Assembly (NCBI GenBank): GCA_018825985.1
Contig: JAHKAP010000024.1
Location: forward strand, 3,095-67,094
Direction: 5' to 3'
Length of the DNA: 64,000 nucleotides
Origin: Candidatus Omnitrophota bacterium
GTDB taxonomy: Bacteria > Omnitrophota > Gorgyraeia > Gygaellales > Profunditerraquicolaceae
Shown here: piece after piece, positions 59,976-64,000 of the stretch
Layout: each line of letters opens with the position of its first letter
How positions within the stretch are numbered: position 1 is the first letter of the stretch
The notes under the pieces: model-generated
Database searches by the model: none
Told to the model about the DNA's origin: nothing
What the model saw: the letters and a program-made list of their open reading frames with translations, nothing else
Program-made: the position numbers and the translations under genes

Positions 59976-59987
59976 TTTACCCCCTTG

Positions 59988-60662
59988 TTAATTATATAAT
60001 ATGCCGTCTTTTAATTTATACACCTTATCCGAAAGATTAGCTAATTCTAAATTATGAGTTACCAAAACTACTGTCATCCCTGTTTCCTTATTGGTCCGGT
60101 TGATCAATGAAATTATCTCGCCCCCAGTTTTGGAATCCAGATTTCCAGTAGGCTCATCACAGAATAAAATCTTGGGCTGATTAATCAAGGCCCGGCAGAT
60201 CGCCGCTCTTTGTTGTTCGCCTCCTGAAAGTTCTGACGGAAAATGCCCGGTCCTTTCGCTCAAACCTGCCGTATCCAACAATTCTAAAGCCTTATTTTTT
60301 ATCTCTTGGCTTTTCTCCCTTAACTCTGACTTTATCAGCGCCGGCATCATTACATTTTCTAAAACTGTGAATTCCGGCAAAAGATGATAAAATTGAAAAA
60401 CAAAACCAATGTCCCGATTGCGTATCCGGCAGATAAGAGCATCGCTCATCTTATAGATATCTAGGGCCTGGAATACAACGCTGCCTTGCGAAGGTTCATC
60501 TAATCCCCCAAGGATATGCAAAAGGGTTGATTTACCCGCTCCCGAAGGCCCAACAATAGCCGTAAATTCGCCTTTTTTTATAGCCAGGTCCAAACCCCTT
60601 AAAACCTGGACCTCTTTATCAGACTTATTGTAAAATTTATGGATGTTTTTTGCTTCCAGCAT
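59988..60662 (-). CDS. lolD: Lipoprotein-releasing ABC ATPase
   Basis: GPSGAGKST, FQFYHLLPEF, DEPTGNLD. Confidence 0.9.
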   Translation of the reverse strand: MLEAKNIHKFYNKSDKEVQVLRGLDLAIKKGEFTAIVGPSGAGKSTLLHILGGLDEPSQGSVVFQALDIYKMSDALICRIRNRDIGFVFQFYHLLPEFTVLENVMMPALIKSELREKSQEIKNKALELLDTAGLSERTGHFPSELSGGEQQRAAICRALINQPKILFCDEPTGNLDSKTGGEIISLINRTNKETGMTVVLVTHNLELANLSDKVYKLKDGILYN

Positions 60663-60734
60663 ATGAACGCGGATTATATTTGATCCTATCTGCGGATATC
60701 CGCGGATTTAATTTATCCGCGCAATCCGCGCATT

Positions 60735-61928
60735 TTATTCGTATCTTAATGCTTCAACCGGTTTTAATTTACTCGCCTTGATCGCCGGATAAATAGTTGA
60801 GGCCAGGCTAATGGCTAAAGCAGACAGGACAACCAGACACAGGTCAGGCCAGACTTCCAGGACCACCGGTATCCTATCCACATAATAAATATCCTGGGGT
60901 AACTTTATAAACTGGTACTTTTTAAACAGCAAGCATAAAGCCACGCCGCCTGAAACTCCCAAGAAAATTCCTAAGCCGCCTATGCTTAATCCTATAAAGG
61001 TAAAAATATTCCTAATACCCTTTGAGCTCACCCCGATAGCTTTTAATATCCCGATATCCTTGGTCTTCTCCACCACCATTACCATAAGGGTACTGATAAT
61101 ATTGAACGACGCCACCAGAATAATCAAAGTCAGAATAATAAACATAGTGATCTTTTCCAGCTTTAAAGCAGCAAAAAAATTCTGATTGGTCTCCATCCAG
61201 GTTTTGACAGAGTATTCATAACCTATCGCCTTATAAATTTCTTTTTGAACTTTTTTAGCCGCATAAAGATTAGTTAATTTTACCGCGATCGAGCTGACCT
61301 GATTATTTATACCCAATATCTCCTGGGCTGATTTTAAACTTACAAAGATCAGATTAAGATCATAGTCATACATCCCGGAATTAAAAATACCGGCTACTTT
61401 TAAAGAATATTTCTCCCCGGCTAGAGGCGAATAAATAGTAAGTTCGGAATTCAGGTCCAGGCCCAGATATGCAGCCAGTTCTCTGCCGACAACAACCGCG
61501 CCTTTATTTAAACCCTTAAGGTCTCCTTTTATCAGGTAATCACTGATCCTGGTAACCTTAACCTCTTTATCCGGCTCAATCCCTCTTATGCCTATGGCAA
61601 ATATCTTTTCCCCCTCCTTGACTATAACCTGGCCCTGGACATTAGGGCTTACCCCTTTGATCTCAGGAATACGGGAGACTTTCTCAAAGATACTAAGATA
61701 TTCGCTGTAATCAATGCCCTTATAGCTGGAGATAGTGACATGGGCATAATTACCAATAATCTTATCCCGGAGTTCTTTGTCAAACCCGGTCATTACAGCC
61801 AGAACCGCGATCAAAGCCATTACCCCGATAGCTACCCCCAAGATCGAGATAAGGCTGATCAAAGAGATAAATTTCTCTTTACGTTTGGTCATTAAATACC
61901 TTAGGCCGATAAAAAATTCTAATTTCAT
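60735..61928 (-). CDS. lolC: Lipoprotein-releasing permease LolC/E
   Basis: VMTGF, FNIISTL, IGILKAIG, PVEALRYE. Confidence 0.88.
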   Translation of the reverse strand: MKLEFFIGLRYLMTKRKEKFISLISLISILGVAIGVMALIAVLAVMTGFDKELRDKIIGNYAHVTISSYKGIDYSEYLSIFEKVSRIPEIKGVSPNVQGQVIVKEGEKIFAIGIRGIEPDKEVKVTRISDYLIKGDLKGLNKGAVVVGRELAAYLGLDLNSELTIYSPLAGEKYSLKVAGIFNSGMYDYDLNLIFVSLKSAQEILGINNQVSSIAVKLTNLYAAKKVQKEIYKAIGYEYSVKTWMETNQNFFAALKLEKITMFIILTLIILVASFNIISTLMVMVVEKTKDIGILKAIGVSSKGIRNIFTFIGLSIGGLGIFLGVSGGVALCLLFKKYQFIKLPQDIYYVDRIPVVLEVWPDLCLVVLSALAISLASTIYPAIKASKLKPVEALRYE

Positions 61929-63373
61929 TTTTCTTCTTGGGGCCGCAAAAGCGGAAATAGGATCACATCTCTGATAGCCGGCTGGTCAGTCAAAAGCATG
62001 ACCAATCTGTCTATACCGATACCTAAACCTCCGGCAGGAGGCATTCCGTGTTCTAAGGCCAGGCAATAATCATCATCCACATTTTTCTTTTCGCTGCTTT
62101 CAGACTCGTTGATCTCTTCTTCAAAACGGGCTTTTTGCTCTATAGGGTCATTTAACTCTGAATAGGCGTTCCCGATCTCCATCCCGGAAATATAAACCTC
62201 AAACCTCTCTGAGATCAAAGGATTATCAGTCTTGGCCTTAGCTAAAGGGCAGAGCGAGGTAAAATAATCAGTCACAAATATCGGCGCAAAGCTTGCGTCA
62301 TGCTCCAGGGCACCCTCAATTACCTTATTGATCTGGGAGCGGGAAAGCTTGACATTGGACTCGGCAAAGCCTTTGTCCCTTAATTTCTTAAGCATCATTT
62401 CGGCGTCATCCAAAGGTTCGATACCGAATTTATCCTTAACTAAAGCGGCAAAAGAAACCCTCTTCCAGGGAGGAGCCAGATCGATTTCCTTACCCTGATA
62501 AGCGAACTTAGGCTTACCCCAGAGCTCAATACAGGCGCCAACCACAATATCCTGGCAAAGATCCATCATATCCTCATAATTGGCATAAGCGGCATAAACC
62601 TCCAACATTGTAAATTCCGGATTATGCCGGGTAGATACCCCTTCATTTCGGAAATTCCGGTTTATCTCGTATACCCTATCCAGGCCTCCAACTAATAACC
62701 TTTTTAAGTACAATTCCGGGGCAATCCTTAAAAAAAGCTCCATATTATACTCATTGTGCCTGGTTTTAAACGGCCGGCCGGCAGCCCCGCCGGGTATATA
62801 ATGCATCATTGGAGTTTCTACTTCCAAAAATCCCTTTTTGTCCAGGATACCCCGGATAGTCTTTACTATCTGCGAACGCTGTAAAAAAACCTTTTTTACT
62901 TCCTCATTAGAAATCAGATCCAAATAGCGCTGGCGATAACGGATATCAATGTCTTTCAAACCGTGCCATTTTTCCGGAAGAGGCCTAAGTGCTTTGGCTA
63001 AAATTGTATACTCGTCGACCTTAAGGGTAAATTCTCCGGTATGGGTCTTAAAAAGCTCACCCCTGACCGCCAAAATATCAGCAATATCCAGATTATCCAG
63101 CAAAGCAAATCTATCTTTACCGATAAAATCCGCCTTAATATAAAGCTGGATCTTGCCAGTAGTATCCCTTAGGTCCATAAATATAACCTTGCCGTGCAAG
63201 CGCTTAGCCATGATCCTGCCACAGAGGCTCATTTTCTTACCTTCAGCAAAATCCGTAAGCGCTTCTGAAATATGCGCGTGTTCGGACACATTGCTGGGAT
63301 ATAAAGGTATACCTTGGGCCTTAAGAGACTCAAGTTTGAGCTTTCGCTGGGCTATAATATCGTTAAGTTCCAT
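61925..63373 (-). CDS. lysS: Class II lysyl-tRNA synthetase
   Basis: RYRQRYLDL, LRIAPELYLKRL, FRNEG, GLGIGIDRL. Confidence 0.98.
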   Translation of the reverse strand: MELNDIIAQRKLKLESLKAQGIPLYPSNVSEHAHISEALTDFAEGKKMSLCGRIMAKRLHGKVIFMDLRDTTGKIQLYIKADFIGKDRFALLDNLDIADILAVRGELFKTHTGEFTLKVDEYTILAKALRPLPEKWHGLKDIDIRYRQRYLDLISNEEVKKVFLQRSQIVKTIRGILDKKGFLEVETPMMHYIPGGAAGRPFKTRHNEYNMELFLRIAPELYLKRLLVGGLDRVYEINRNFRNEGVSTRHNPEFTMLEVYAAYANYEDMMDLCQDIVVGACIELWGKPKFAYQGKEIDLAPPWKRVSFAALVKDKFGIEPLDDAEMMLKKLRDKGFAESNVKLSRSQINKVIEGALEHDASFAPIFVTDYFTSLCPLAKAKTDNPLISERFEVYISGMEIGNAYSELNDPIEQKARFEEEINESESSEKKNVDDDYCLALEHGMPPAGGLGIGIDRLVMLLTDQPAIRDVILFPLLRPQEEK

Positions 63374-63382
63374 AGTTTTATA

Positions 63383-63411
63383 ATTATATATTATAAACAG
63401 CGGTGTGTCAA
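63383..63411 (-). promoter_or_regulatory. Perfect-consensus sigma70 promoter of lysS (near-leaderless)
   Basis: TTGACA-17 nt-TATAAT, 9 nt before the ATG. Confidence 0.8.
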
Positions 63412-63482
63412 ACTAATTAGAATGGAACCTTAAGCCTAAATTAGGAGTTGATAGGCTAAATACATAGCCGCGTTTTTGAACT

Positions 63483-63511
63483 AAAAAAAGGCCGGACTAT
63501 TAAGTCCGGCC
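63483..63511 (-). terminator. Rho-independent terminator
   Basis: GGCCGGACT-loop-AGTCCGGCC followed by T7 on the minus strand. Confidence 0.85.
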
Positions 63512-63549
63512 CTGGATCTTTTATTAACTTATCCGTTTCTTTTTTAAGC

Positions 63550-64000
63550 CTAATCTTTAATAACTTTCGCAGCGGCTGATACCATTTCTTCTGGCACTTT
63601 AAGTCCTAGAGCTGCCGCGGTATTCAGATTAATAGAAATATCAAAGATAGTCCCTTTTTCAATGGGCATCTCCGAAGGCTTAGCCCCGCCTAATACCAAG
63701 GCTGCTTTTCTCCCTGCTATTTCTCCCAACTGAATAGAATTAGTGGAAACAGCCAGTAATGACCCCTGCTCAACCCTCTCTGCCAAATAAGAAACCATCG
63801 GTATTTTAGCGGGATTAGTAATTTCAATCAAAGCACTCATATTTTTAGTAATGGGAGTGCTTCCGGCAGCATAAATCGCATCAGCTTTGCCTACCAGCGC
63901 ATCTTGCACATTCTTAATATCTGAAATCTGAGAGAAATTAACCGGGATGATCGTAAAACCCATCTTCTCCTGAAGTTTGTTGCACTCTTCAAACTGTATG
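63550..64000 (-). CDS. ABC transporter substrate-binding protein (DUF534-like), 5' end outside the window
   Basis: ILGGAKPSEMPIE-like segment and INLNTAAALGL C-terminal motifs. Confidence 0.75.
   Translation of the reverse strand, partial: IQFEECNKLQEKMGFTIIPVNFSQISDIKNVQDALVGKADAIYAAGSTPITKNMSALIEITNPAKIPMVSYLAERVEQGSLLAVSTNSIQLGEIAGRKAALVLGGAKPSEMPIEKGTIFDISINLNTAAALGLKVPEEMVSAAAKVIKD

Overview
A gene-dense chromosomal segment, mostly housekeeping genes on the minus strand, from a diderm bacterium. Candidatus Omnitrophota is the most plausible source; this is inferred from gene content (LptFG, MlaDEF, LolCDE alongside Bacillus-like mcsA-mcsB-clpC...radA-yacL-ispDF-cysE-cysS and tmk-holB-ricT-metG-tatD synteny) and a YYPSPYG/GNVGIGT fibre protein. 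It holds about 60 CDS, three tRNAs (Arg-UCU, Pro-UGG, Leu-CAG) and a tmRNA. The main finding is that ssrA, directly downstream of smpB, is split in its T-loop by a 637-nt group I intron. All core helices can be drawn from the sequence, and the intron carries a single-motif LAGLIDADG homing endonuclease. The same tmRNA encodes an unusually long 27-residue tag ending in -FAN. Other notable items: an AT-rich HEPN-motif gene flanked by two long hairpins between cysS and tmk; an unannotated Zn-finger microprotein behind a leader terminator upstream of a DEAD-box helicase; a GIY-YIG/palindrome/fibre-adhesin islet at the tRNA-Pro/tRNA-Arg locus; several families of short palindromic and periodic repeats that have entered coding frames; a Maf-M48 protease fusion; and consensus promoters that predict leaderless mRNAs. 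No CRISPR array, integrase or transposase was seen.
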